The notes under the pieces were generated by a model. The model saw nothing but the letters and a program-made list of their open reading frames with translations, was not told where the DNA came from and made no database searches. From positions 19,961-83,960 of the forward strand of contig CBIHQW010000007.1 in NCBI GenBank assembly GCA_966212285.1: a stretch of DNA of 64,000 nucleotides, given 5' to 3'. A program made the translations under genes and the position numbers. This DNA comes from Massilia kyonggiensis. Its GTDB lineage: Bacteria > Pseudomonadota > Gammaproteobacteria > Burkholderiales > Burkholderiaceae_D. Shown piece by piece: positions 9,434 to 19,049 of this stretch (position 1 is its first letter; each line of letters opens with the position of its first letter).

Positions 9434-10702
9434 TCAGACGGCCTTGACGTCCACGTACATGCGGGCGTATTTCGCGCCGAAGTACAGGATGAAGGCGTAA
9501 CACGCGGCCGGGACCAGGAACGAGGTCTGCAGGCCGATCATGTCCGCGGCCTGGGCCTGGACGACCGGGACGACGGCGCCGCCGGCGATCGCCATCACGA
9601 GCAGGCCGGAACCCTGGCTCGTCAGCGGGCCCAGTTCATGCACGGACATGCTGAAGATCGTCGGGAACATGATCGAGTTGAACAGGCCGACCAGCAGCAC
9701 CGCCCACATCGCGAAGTGGCCGTGGCCGAAGGTGGTCGCCACCAGCAGCGCGATGCACGCCGCGGCGTTGAACGCGAGGACCTTGCCCGGGCTGATCGTG
9801 CGCATCACGGCCGAACCGATGAAGCGGCCGACCATCGCGCCGGACCAGTAGAACGCGACGTATTTCGCGCCCGTTTCGGCCGTGAAGCCGGCGATGCCCG
9901 GGTCGCCCATGTAGTTGATCAGGAAGCTGCCGATGCTCACCTCGGCGCCGACGTACAGGAAGATCGCGGTCACGCCCAGCATCAGGCGCTTCTGGCTGAA
10001 GATCGAACCCTTCACGGGGCCGGCGTCCTCGTCGCGGATGATCGGCAGCCGGATGACGGCGAACAGGATCGCCAGGACCGCCAGCGTGGCGGCCAGGCCC
10101 AGGTACGGACCCTGCACGGCCTGCGCCTGCGCGAGGCGCTCGGCGGCCGACATGCTGGCCGGGTCGGCCGCTTCCGTCATGTGCGACAGGATCAGGATGC
10201 CGCCGACCAGAGGACCGACGACGGTGCCCAGCGAGTTGAAGGCCTGGGTCAGGTTCAGGCGGCTCGATGCGGTGGCCGGGGCGCCCAGCGCGGTGACGTA
10301 CGGGTTCGCGGCGACTTGCAGGATCGTGATGCCGGCGGCCAGCACGAACAGGGCGAACAGGAACAGCGCGTACACGCTGGTGGCGGCCGGGTAGAACAGC
10401 GCGGCACCGACGGCGCACACGGCCAGGCCGGTGACGGCGCCGGCTTTATAACCGATGCGGCGGATCAGGGCGCCGGCCGGGATCGACAGCAGGAAGTAAC
10501 CGCTGAAGAAGGCCAGGTTCACCATCATCGCCTGTACGTACGTCAGGTTGTAGACCGATTTCAGGTGCGGGATCAGGATGTCGTTCAGCGACGTCATCAG
10601 GCCCCACATGAAAAACAGTGCGGTGACGACGGTCAGGGGAAAAGTGTAACTGGGCTGGGCCCGGTTGGCAGGCTCGACGGCAGCCTGTGGTGCGCGTTCC
10701 AT
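9434..10702 (-). CDS. Sugar MFS transporter, GluP/FucP family
   Basis: LFFMWG..TSLNDILIPHLK, LQVAANPYV, YVGAEVSIGS, NSIMFPTIF; about 12 hydrophobic segments. Start ATG 10702 follows AAGGAGAC. Confidence 0.92.
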   Translation of the reverse strand: MERAPQAAVEPANRAQPSYTFPLTVVTALFFMWGLMTSLNDILIPHLKSVYNLTYVQAMMVNLAFFSGYFLLSIPAGALIRRIGYKAGAVTGLAVCAVGAALFYPAATSVYALFLFALFVLAAGITILQVAANPYVTALGAPATASSRLNLTQAFNSLGTVVGPLVGGILILSHMTEAADPASMSAAERLAQAQAVQGPYLGLAATLAVLAILFAVIRLPIIRDEDAGPVKGSIFSQKRLMLGVTAIFLYVGAEVSIGSFLINYMGDPGIAGFTAETGAKYVAFYWSGAMVGRFIGSAVMRTISPGKVLAFNAAACIALLVATTFGHGHFAMWAVLLVGLFNSIMFPTIFSMSVHELGPLTSQGSGLLVMAIAGGAVVPVVQAQAADMIGLQTSFLVPAACYAFILYFGAKYARMYVDVKAV

Positions 10703-10720
10703 GGATAGGTCTCCTTGAAA

Positions 10721-10734
10721 TGTTACCGCTAACA
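10721..10734. promoter_or_regulatory. Candidate LacI-family operator
   Basis: TGTTACCGCTAACA, one base from the perfect palindrome TGTTAGCGCTAACA, 19 nt upstream of the MFS start and in the region divergent to the LacI gene. Confidence 0.65.
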
Positions 10735-10957
10735 AGACGGTAACTTTTATTGTGAAAAGATTCTGCAGAAGCAGGGTAACGAGGTCAAATGGGGTATGCG
10801 ATCCACCGCGAAGTTTAGTCAGGTGCCACTAAACACGGCCTCCCCTCTTATGAAATCGGTTTCTTACATGAGAATATACCGGGCAAACAGCTGTTTAGTA
10901 AAGCCGACTAAACTTGCCTGTAAATGCACCTTCGCGTTTGACCAAGGGAATTTTCAT

Positions 10958-12064
10958 ATGCAAGACTCCATTCAAATCAGCGGCGCCCAAGGCGCGCGCA
11001 GCAACGATATCGGAGACAACGTGAATCCCGTCACCTCACGCCCCCAGGCGGGCGACAGCCCCGCACCGGTCACGATCCGCGACCTGGCCAAGTATGCCGG
11101 CGTCTCGGCCGGCACGATCTCGCGCGCCCTGAAAAACGAGCCCGGCCTCACGGAAAGCACGCGCCAGATGGTGTTGTCGGCAGCCCACGAACTGGGGTAC
11201 GACTTCTGTAAACTGCGCCGCAAGCGCATTCGCCGCCTCACGTTCCTGTTGCATCGACAACACAATACGGCCGCCAGCAGCCCCTTTTATTCGCCCGTGC
11301 TGCACGGCGCCGAGGAAGCGTGCCGCAAGCAGGGCATCGTGCTGTCGTTCATGGCGGTCGGCCCGGCCGACGGCGTGACGGAACAGCTGCGCATGCACGC
11401 GCCGGACGCCATCGTGTGCGCCGGCTTCTTCGAACCCGAACTCTTGAACGCCCTGCGCGCCAGCGGCAAGCCCCTCGTCCTGATCGACATGAAGCTGCGC
11501 GGCTACAGCTCGGTCAACCCGGACAACCACATGGGCGGCTACCTCGCCACCCGGCACCTGATCTCGCTGGGCCGCGAACGCATCGGCATGATCTCCGGCT
11601 CGCTCGGCCACTACAGCATCCGCGAGCGCAACCGCGGCTACCGCCAGGCCCTGTATGAAGCCGGCATGCTGGCCGACCCGCGCCTGGAGATCTGCCTGCC
11701 GGACGGCGTCGACCTCGAGACGGGCGCCTACGAGGCGATGCAAGCCCTGCTCGACCAGCCCCACCCGCCCGACGCCGTGTTCTGCTACAACGACGCCGCC
11801 GCCCTCGTCGCGATGCGCGCCTGCCTCGCGGCCGGGAAGACGGTGCCGCACGATATCTCGATCGTCGGCTTCGACGACATCCCCGGCGCCGTGCTGGGCC
11901 ATCGCCCGCTGACGACGCTGCGCATCAACAAGAAGGAGCTGGGCGCGCTGGGCGTCGAGCTGCTGCTGCGCGGTCCGCAGGATCCGCCGCTGGAACAGGT
12001 GGCGCCCGTGGAACTCGTCGTCCGCGCCAGCACCGTGTGCGAAGACTTCCGCATCCGTAAGTAA
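10958..12064 (+). CDS. LacI family transcriptional regulator (start may be GTG 11021)
   Basis: VTIRDLAKYAGVSAGTISRAL HTH; DISIVGFDD and PLTTLRI in the sensor domain. GGAGAC precedes the in-frame GTG at 11021. Confidence 0.93.
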   Translation: MQDSIQISGAQGARSNDIGDNVNPVTSRPQAGDSPAPVTIRDLAKYAGVSAGTISRALKNEPGLTESTRQMVLSAAHELGYDFCKLRRKRIRRLTFLLHRQHNTAASSPFYSPVLHGAEEACRKQGIVLSFMAVGPADGVTEQLRMHAPDAIVCAGFFEPELLNALRASGKPLVLIDMKLRGYSSVNPDNHMGGYLATRHLISLGRERIGMISGSLGHYSIRERNRGYRQALYEAGMLADPRLEICLPDGVDLETGAYEAMQALLDQPHPPDAVFCYNDAAALVAMRACLAAGKTVPHDISIVGFDDIPGAVLGHRPLTTLRINKKELGALGVELLLRGPQDPPLEQVAPVELVVRASTVCEDFRIRK

Positions 12065-12091
12065 GTCATTTTTTATCCACCGACACCAACC

Positions 12092-13303
12092 ATGCTTCCC
12101 GATTTCCATTCCCGCTCGACGCTGCTGCAGCACATCCGCCACACCCGCCAGTTCTACGACCCGCGCTGCGTCGACCCGAGCGGCGGCTTCTATCACTTCT
12201 ACAAGGACGACGGCGCGATCTACGACGCGCGCACGCGCCACCTGGTGAGCAGCACCCGCTTCGTGTTCAATTTCTCGATGGCGTGGCGCCAGTTCCAGGA
12301 ACCGGCCGACCGCGAACGCGTGCTGCACGGCCTGCGCTTCCTGCGCGACGCGCACCGCAACCCGGAAACGGGCGGCTATGCCTGGACGCTGGACTGGAAC
12401 GACGGACAGAAGAAAGTCACGGACGACACGAACCACTGCTACGGCCTCGCCTTCGTGCTGCTCGCGTACGCCCACGCCATCATGGCCGGCGTCGACGAAG
12501 CGCGTGCCTGGCTGGACGAGACCTACGACCTGATGGAGCACCGCTTCTGGGAACCGGCGCACGGCCTGTACGCGGACGAAGCGAACGGCGACTGGTCCAC
12601 GCTGTACCCGTACCGCGGCCAGAACGCCAACATGCACGCCTGCGAAGCGATGCTGGCCGCGTTCGACGCGACGGGCGACACGAAATACCTGTGGCGCGCC
12701 GAGACGCTCGCCCACAACATCACCGTGCGCCAGGCCGCCCTGTACGGCAACCTGGTCTGGGAACACTACAACAGCGACTGGTCCGTCGACCCGGACTACA
12801 ACCGCGACGACAAGACGAACATCTTCCGCCCGTGGGGCTACCAGCCGGGCCACCTGACGGAATGGGCCAAGCTCCTGCTGATCATGGAACGCCACAAGGA
12901 CCGGATGGCCGGCCCGTCCAGCTGGCTCGTGCCGCGCGCGCGCCAGCTGTTCGACGCGGCGCTGACCAAGGCATGGGACGCCAAGCACGGCGGCATTCAT
13001 TACGGCTTCGGCCCGCAGGACGAAATCTGCGACGCCGACAAATACTTCTGGGTGCAGGCCGAGAGCCTCGCCGCCGCCGCCCTCCTCGGCGCGCGCACGG
13101 GAGATAAAGCGTACTGGGACTGGTACGACCGCATCTGGGCCTACAGCTGGGAACATTTCGTCGACCACGAACATGGCGCCTGGTACCGCATCCTCGGCCC
13201 GAAGAACGAAAAGCTCACCGACGAAAAGAGCCCGGCCGGCAAGGTCGACTATCACACGATGGGCGCCTGTTACGAAGTACTGACTGTTCTCGTGAAGGAC
13301 TGA
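12092..13303 (+). CDS. AGE-family epimerase/isomerase (probable D-mannose isomerase)
   Basis: RHLVSSTRFVF, QNANMHACEA, WEHY, GYQPGHLTEW, KYFWVQAE, GKVDYHTMGAC: the three catalytic His positions of the AGE/YihS fold. Confidence 0.85.
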   Translation: MLPDFHSRSTLLQHIRHTRQFYDPRCVDPSGGFYHFYKDDGAIYDARTRHLVSSTRFVFNFSMAWRQFQEPADRERVLHGLRFLRDAHRNPETGGYAWTLDWNDGQKKVTDDTNHCYGLAFVLLAYAHAIMAGVDEARAWLDETYDLMEHRFWEPAHGLYADEANGDWSTLYPYRGQNANMHACEAMLAAFDATGDTKYLWRAETLAHNITVRQAALYGNLVWEHYNSDWSVDPDYNRDDKTNIFRPWGYQPGHLTEWAKLLLIMERHKDRMAGPSSWLVPRARQLFDAALTKAWDAKHGGIHYGFGPQDEICDADKYFWVQAESLAAAALLGARTGDKAYWDWYDRIWAYSWEHFVDHEHGAWYRILGPKNEKLTDEKSPAGKVDYHTMGACYEVLTVLVKD

Positions 13304-13307
13304 CAGG

Positions 13308-14246
13308 ATGGACATGAGCGACTTTCCCGTATTCGTCGCGGCCGGCGAAGCGCTGACCGACCTCATTGTCGACAATAGCCTGGATGATGCCGGCGCCACG
13401 CGCTGGCACAGCGTGACGGGCGGCTCGACGTGGAACGTGGCGCGCGCGATGGCCAAGCTGGGCGCGCCCAGCGCGTTCGCGGGCGCCGTCAGCCGCGACG
13501 TGTTCGGCGACCAGCTGTGGCGCGCCAGCCTCGACGCGGGCCTGGACGAGCGTTTCATCCAGCGCCTGGACAAGTCGCCGCTGCTCGCGATCGTGCACCG
13601 GCTCGACCCGCCCAGCTATTTCTTCGTCGGCGACGACAGCGCCGACCTGCACTTCGACGCCGCGCAGCTGCCGCAAGGCTGGATCGGCGACTGCCGCTGG
13701 GCGCACTTCGGCGGCATCAGCCTGGCGCGCCAGCCGCTGGCCGGCAAGCTCGTCGCGCTGGCGGAGACGCTGAAGGCGCGCGGCGTGCGCATCAGCTACG
13801 ACCCGAACTTCCGTGCGCTGATGGACGAGAACTACGACCCGACCCTGCGCCGCATGACGGCGCTGGCCGACGTGATTAAAGTGTCGGAAGAGGATCTCGT
13901 CGGCCTGCTGCGTACGCACGATGCGGATGCCGCTTTCGCGACGCTGCGTAGCTGGAATCCGGACGCCACGTATTTGTACACGAAGGGCGGCGCCGGCGCG
14001 TCGCTGCATACGCCGACAGGGTCGTGGGAGATGGCGGCGCCGCGCATCACGCCCGTGGACACGGTCGGCGCCGGCGACGCCAGCATCGCCGCGCTGGCCT
14101 GGAGCATGCTGCATGCGCCGGAACGCGACGGCCTCGCCCACCTGCGCTTCGCCGTCGCGGCGGGTGCCGCGGCCTGCCTCGCGGCCGGCGCCACGCCGCC
14201 GTCGCTCGCGGCAATCGATACGCTGCTGGCCGGGATGCACGCTTGA
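13308..14246 (+). CDS. PfkB family carbohydrate kinase (fructokinase-like)
   Basis: GEALTD, GGSTWNVA, SYDPNFR, IKVSEED, DTVGAGDA. Confidence 0.9.
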   Translation: MDMSDFPVFVAAGEALTDLIVDNSLDDAGATRWHSVTGGSTWNVARAMAKLGAPSAFAGAVSRDVFGDQLWRASLDAGLDERFIQRLDKSPLLAIVHRLDPPSYFFVGDDSADLHFDAAQLPQGWIGDCRWAHFGGISLARQPLAGKLVALAETLKARGVRISYDPNFRALMDENYDPTLRRMTALADVIKVSEEDLVGLLRTHDADAAFATLRSWNPDATYLYTKGGAGASLHTPTGSWEMAAPRITPVDTVGAGDASIAALAWSMLHAPERDGLAHLRFAVAAGAAACLAAGATPPSLAAIDTLLAGMHA

Positions 14247-14247
14247 A

Positions 14248-15474
14248 TCACCAGCAGTTTTCGAACGTGACGCCGACGGTAAACCCGGACAGCGTCGTGC
14301 CATACATGCCGTTCGCGGCCAGCGGATCGTTCGTCCGCGCGGCCGCGCGCGCAGCGTCGTTCCAGCGCGCGTGCGTGACGAACAGGCGCAGTTCCGGCCG
14401 GTCGAAATAGCCCGGTTTCGACATCAGCGCGACGGCACCCGTGACCTTGGTCAGCCGGCGCACGTCGCCGTTCTGCGGCGCCACGCGGTCGTGGCCGATA
14501 TCCGCCAGCAGTTTCACCTTGTCGGACAGCGCGTACGACATGCGGCCGCCCGCCGACGCCCATGTCTTCGCTTTCGCCGGATCGTGCGCGTTATCCCGCT
14601 GCCAAACGGCGATGAGTTCCCCGCCGAAGCGCCGCGTGACCTGCGCAAACCAGCTGTCGATGATGCGCAGCCGGTGCACGTCGCCGCCGCTCGTGATGTC
14701 GCCCGTCGCGCCATTGTCGGTGCCGGCGCCCGTGCCCCACTGGACCGCGAGGCGGTTGTCGCCGGCGCCGTCCAACACGCGCTGACGGTGCTGCACGGTG
14801 AGCATCGAGCCGCCGTGGTGACCGCGCTGGCCGTCGCTGCGGATCAGCGCCAGGCCCAGTTCCAGCGTGCCGCCCGGATTCACGGGCACGCCGCGCAGTT
14901 GAAAATCGTGGCGGTTCGCCGTGTCGCCGACGCGCATGATCGGCATCGTCTGCTGGTCGTCGTGCAGGTAGGCATAGCTGAACTTCATGGGTCCAAGCGG
15001 TACGTCCTCGATGCCGGCGCCCATGCCGGACGGATTCCAGTACAGGAAGTCATTGACGTTCGCGCCTTCGCGCTTGTAGTAGCGGCGCCCGATCCACAGA
15101 GCGGCGTCGCCGAGGCCGCTCACGTGTTCGATGGCGAGCCAGGCCTGCGGGAGGCCGATCTTCCAGCCGCCCTGCGGCCGCCTTGCATTGTTCGATGCGG
15201 CCGCGTTGCCCAGGTTGAGCATCGCATAGGCCTTCACGTCCTCGCCGGCGTCGCCCTGCACGAGGTGCTGGCCCAGCAGCATTTCGCCGTAGACGCCGCA
15301 TTCATTACCCAAGCGGTACTTGGCGCCCGCGCCGGCCAGCGCGAAGCAGGTCTGGCCGCCGCCTTCGGAATTCGCGGCCGCGTTGGCCCGCAGGTAGTTC
15401 TGGACGTCCACGGCGGACGCAGGGAAGCAAAACGCGAGCGCGAGCAGCGCCGGCGCGATGGTTGGCATGCGCAT
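14248..15474 (-). CDS. LamB/maltoporin-family carbohydrate porin
   Basis: QTCFALAGAGAKYRLGNECGVYGE (LamB N-terminal Cys pair), WIGRRYYKR, RPELRLFVT, C-terminal Trp; signal peptide. Confidence 0.88.
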   Translation of the reverse strand: MRMPTIAPALLALAFCFPASAVDVQNYLRANAAANSEGGGQTCFALAGAGAKYRLGNECGVYGEMLLGQHLVQGDAGEDVKAYAMLNLGNAAASNNARRPQGGWKIGLPQAWLAIEHVSGLGDAALWIGRRYYKREGANVNDFLYWNPSGMGAGIEDVPLGPMKFSYAYLHDDQQTMPIMRVGDTANRHDFQLRGVPVNPGGTLELGLALIRSDGQRGHHGGSMLTVQHRQRVLDGAGDNRLAVQWGTGAGTDNGATGDITSGGDVHRLRIIDSWFAQVTRRFGGELIAVWQRDNAHDPAKAKTWASAGGRMSYALSDKVKLLADIGHDRVAPQNGDVRRLTKVTGAVALMSKPGYFDRPELRLFVTHARWNDAARAAARTNDPLAANGMYGTTLSGFTVGVTFENCW

Positions 15475-15568
15475 GGTGTCTCCTGATTGTTTTTATGGGC
15501 AAAGCGGATCCCGTCCGGCCGCGGCGCAGATGCCGCGGCAGGTCGACGGAACAGGATCGGATGACCGG

Positions 15569-16480
15569 TCAGTCGAGCAGTGCGTCGACTTCCTGTGCCG
15601 TCGGCGCATAAGGCCCGGCACGCATGGCCGCCGTGGCGGCCACCGCCGCGATGCGCGCGAGCTGGCACGACGCACGCAATTCGGGGTGCAGCAGCAGGCC
15701 TACGATCCAGCCGGCCATAGCCGCGTCGCCGCAGCCGACGGTGTCGACGACGTCCACGCGGCGCGCGGGCGCGTCGAGCACCTCGTCGCCGCGGATCAGG
15801 GAAAGACCATCGGCCCCGCGCGTAAAAAGGATCTCGGCGTCGGGGGCCAGCGCGCGCAGCGCGGCCAGCGCGTCGCGCGGCCCGAGGCCCGGGAACAGGC
15901 CTTCCAGGTCTTCGTCGGACACCTTGATGTGGCTGGCGAGGCCCGCGATCAGTTCGAACGTGGGCCGGTAAGTCGCGTCGCGCATCGCGTTGCGGAAGTT
16001 CGGATCGAACGCGATGCGCTTGCCGGCCTGGCGCGCCATCAGCGCCTGCTCGACGAGCCGCCGCGCCAGCGGTCCGCGCGCCAGGGCGAGGCTGCCCACG
16101 TGGATCACGTCGGCCGCTTCGAGCCAGCCGTCGGGCAGCAGCTCGGGCCGGAAATGCAGGTCCGCGCTGTTCTCGCCGAGGAAGACGTAACGGGGCGGAT
16201 GGCGCGACGTCACCATCGCGATGAACGGCGGCGCTTCCACACGCTGCAGGAAGCGTTCGTCCAGGCCGGCCGCGCGGCTGGCGGCCGCGATCTCGTCGCC
16301 GAAGGCATCCATGCTGACGGCGCCCGCATAACCGGTGTGCAGTCCCAGGCGGGCGCCGACGCGCGCCACGTTCCAGCACGAACCGCCGGGCAGCGAGCGC
16401 CACGTGCCGTCGTCCTGGCGGATCATGTCGGTGAGCGCTTCGCCGAAGACCACGTAGCGGGGGAGTCGTTGTGCTTGCAT
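15569..16480 (-). CDS. PfkB family carbohydrate kinase (second paralog)
   Basis: FGEALTD, GGSCWNVA, AFDPNFR, IKVSDED, DTVGCGDA. Confidence 0.9.
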   Translation of the reverse strand: MQAQRLPRYVVFGEALTDMIRQDDGTWRSLPGGSCWNVARVGARLGLHTGYAGAVSMDAFGDEIAAASRAAGLDERFLQRVEAPPFIAMVTSRHPPRYVFLGENSADLHFRPELLPDGWLEAADVIHVGSLALARGPLARRLVEQALMARQAGKRIAFDPNFRNAMRDATYRPTFELIAGLASHIKVSDEDLEGLFPGLGPRDALAALRALAPDAEILFTRGADGLSLIRGDEVLDAPARRVDVVDTVGCGDAAMAGWIVGLLLHPELRASCQLARIAAVAATAAMRAGPYAPTAQEVDALLD

Positions 16481-16481
16481 G

Positions 16482-17510
16482 TCAGTTCGCCTGTTGTTGA
16501 TAACGCCATTTATCGAGCATCACGGCCAGTACGATGACCGCGCCCTTCGCCACGTACTGCCAGAACGACGACAGGCCGAGGATCGTGAGACCGTTGTTGA
16601 GGAGGCCGATGATCAGGGCACCGATGACGGTGCCCCAGATCGTGCCCACGCCGCCCATCAGGCTCGTGCCGCCGAGGACCACCGCGGCGATCGCATCGAG
16701 CTCGTAGCCGGAACCCCAGTTGCCGTTCGCACCATACAGCCGGCTGGCCGACATCGCACCCGCGGTGCCCGCGCACAGGCCGGAGAAGGCGTAGACGAAG
16801 ACGAGGACGAGGCCGACCTTGATGCCCGTGAGCCGCGCCGCCTGCGGATTGCCGCCGACCGCGTACACGTGCATGCCAAGGACGGTGCGGCGCAGGATGA
16901 ACCACGCCACCAGCACGAGCGCCGCGGCCACCCACACGAGCCACGGCAGGCCGGCGAACGAATCGTTGCCGATCCATTCGAAGGTCGGGATCTCGCGGTT
17001 CAGGATCGTGGTGCCGTCGGCCAGCAGGTACGCGGCGCCGCGCAGCGCCGTCATCGTGCCGAGCGTGACGACGAACGGATTGATCTTGAAGACGGCGACG
17101 AGCGTGCCGTTCAGCAGGCCCATGCCGAGACCCGCCAGCAGGAAGATCGGCAAGGACAGCGCGGGCGCATGACCGGGCAGCGACGCGATCATGCCCAGCA
17201 CCGCGGACACGGCCAGCACGGAGCCGACGGACAGGTCGATACCGCCCGTGAGGATCACGAACGTCATGCCCGTCGCGAGCACGAGGTTGATGGAACTCTG
17301 GCGCAGCACGTTCATCGTGTTGGCCGTCGTCGCGAAATTCGAGACGCCGTCTTCGGCGAAGTACCCGGTCAGGAAGTAGAACACGACGTACAGCGCGATG
17401 AGCACGGGCAGCATGCCCATCGTCGCGAACATGCGCGAGAACGCGTGGCCAATGCCGCCGTGCGCGCCTGCCCGCGGCGCCGTGGGAAGGGATGATTTCA
17501 GGGTCTGCAT
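16482..17510 (-). CDS. Monosaccharide ABC transporter permease (RbsC-like)
   Basis: ILTGGIDLSVGS, INPFVVTLGTM, YAVGGNPQAARLTGI, YELDAIAAVVLGGTSL. Confidence 0.92.
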   Translation of the reverse strand: MQTLKSSLPTAPRAGAHGGIGHAFSRMFATMGMLPVLIALYVVFYFLTGYFAEDGVSNFATTANTMNVLRQSSINLVLATGMTFVILTGGIDLSVGSVLAVSAVLGMIASLPGHAPALSLPIFLLAGLGMGLLNGTLVAVFKINPFVVTLGTMTALRGAAYLLADGTTILNREIPTFEWIGNDSFAGLPWLVWVAAALVLVAWFILRRTVLGMHVYAVGGNPQAARLTGIKVGLVLVFVYAFSGLCAGTAGAMSASRLYGANGNWGSGYELDAIAAVVLGGTSLMGGVGTIWGTVIGALIIGLLNNGLTILGLSSFWQYVAKGAVIVLAVMLDKWRYQQQAN

Positions 17511-17521
17511 GATGATGTCTC

Positions 17522-19030
17522 CTATGCGGCCTGGGCCTGGGTGGCCAGCGCCATGATGTTTTCCTGGGTGATGCGTTCGCCAAGCAGTTCGCCGGAGAGC
17601 CAGCCTTCGCGCATGACGAGCACGCGGTCGCACACGCCGATGATTTCCGCCAGCTCGCTCGAGATGCACAGCACGGCCACGCCGGCATCGGCCAGTTCGT
17701 GGATGATCCGGTAGATCTCGTGCTTGGCGCCGATGTCGACGCCGCGCGTGGGCTCGTCGAGGATCAGCACGCGCGGCCTGATTTCCAGCCACCGCGCGAG
17801 CAGCAGCTTTTGCTGGTTGCCGCCCGAGAGGCCGCCGATGATGCCGTCCGGCCCCGCGCCGCGCGCGGACAGTTTTGCGATCGCGCCGCGCGTGACGTCC
17901 AGCAGTTCCCCGCGCCGGAGTACCCCGCAGCGGGCATGCTTGCCGAGGACGTTCATCGTCACGTTCGCCAGCAGCGACTGCTGCAGGAACAGGCCCTGCC
18001 CCTTGCGGTCTTCCGGCACGTAGGCGATGCCGAGGCGGATCGCATCGCCCGGCGTGCGGATCGTGGCCGGCTTGCCGTCGACGTCGATCGTGCCGCCGGA
18101 CAGAGGGTCCGCGCCGAAGACCAGCCGCGCCAGTTCCGTGCGGCCCGCGCCGACGAGGCCCGCGAGGCCGACGATCTCGCCGGCCCGCACGTCAAGCGAT
18201 ACGGGGTGTACCCTGGCGCCGTGCACGTCGGTCAGCTTCAGGCGCACGGGGCCCGGCACGCGTCGCTGCGTGTGCTCGTAGAAGCCGTTGAGTTCACGGC
18301 CGACCATCATGCGCACGACCGTGTCCGGCGTCGCTTCGTCGCGCGTCAACTCGCCGATCCACGTGCCGTCGCGCAGCACGGTCACGCGGTCGGCCAGCAT
18401 GCGCACTTCGGCCATGCGGTGGCTGATGTAGATGATCGCGATGCCCCGTTCGCGCAGGGCGCGCATCACGTCGAACAGGCGCTCCGTCTCGCGTTCGGAC
18501 AGCGCGGCCGTGGGCTCGTCCATGATCAGCACGCGGCTGTCGTGCACGAGGGCACGGGCGATTTCGACCTGCTGCTGGTCGGCGATCGACAGGCCGCTGG
18601 CGAGGCGGTCCGGCGCGAACGTGGCGCCGAGGCTTTTCAATACCTCGGCCGCGCGCCGGTTCATCTGCGCCGTGTCGACGATCCCGAAGCGCCCGCGCGG
18701 CTCCGCGCCCATGAAGATGTTTTGCGCGACCGTGAGATTGGCCGCGACGGACAGCTCCTGGTAGATCAGGTTGATGCCGCAGGCGCGCGCGTCAAACGGA
18801 CAGGTGATCCGCACGGGCTGGCCGCCCACGCGGATCTCGCCGGCGTCCGGCTGGTACACGCCGGCGAGGATTTTCATGAGGGTGCTCTTGCCGGCGCCGT
18901 TTTCTCCCATCAGCGCGTGGATTTCGCCGGGGCGGATGGTCAGCTGGACGCCGTCCAGCACGGTGACGGCACCGAACCGCTTGCGGATGCCGGAGACCTC
19001 CAGCACGGGCGGTGGATTGATTGTTGCCAT
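17522..19030 (-). CDS. Monosaccharide ABC transporter ATP-binding protein (RbsA-like, two NBDs)
   Basis: [33 protein letters not shown]. Confidence 0.95.
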   Translation of the reverse strand: MATINPPPVLEVSGIRKRFGAVTVLDGVQLTIRPGEIHALMGENGAGKSTLMKILAGVYQPDAGEIRVGGQPVRITCPFDARACGINLIYQELSVAANLTVAQNIFMGAEPRGRFGIVDTAQMNRRAAEVLKSLGATFAPDRLASGLSIADQQQVEIARALVHDSRVLIMDEPTAALSERETERLFDVMRALRERGIAIIYISHRMAEVRMLADRVTVLRDGTWIGELTRDEATPDTVVRMMVGRELNGFYEHTQRRVPGPVRLKLTDVHGARVHPVSLDVRAGEIVGLAGLVGAGRTELARLVFGADPLSGGTIDVDGKPATIRTPGDAIRLGIAYVPEDRKGQGLFLQQSLLANVTMNVLGKHARCGVLRRGELLDVTRGAIAKLSARGAGPDGIIGGLSGGNQQKLLLARWLEIRPRVLILDEPTRGVDIGAKHEIYRIIHELADAGVAVLCISSELAEIIGVCDRVLVMREGWLSGELLGERITQENIMALATQAQAA

Positions 19031-19049
19031 GTCTCCTCCGATGAGGTTT

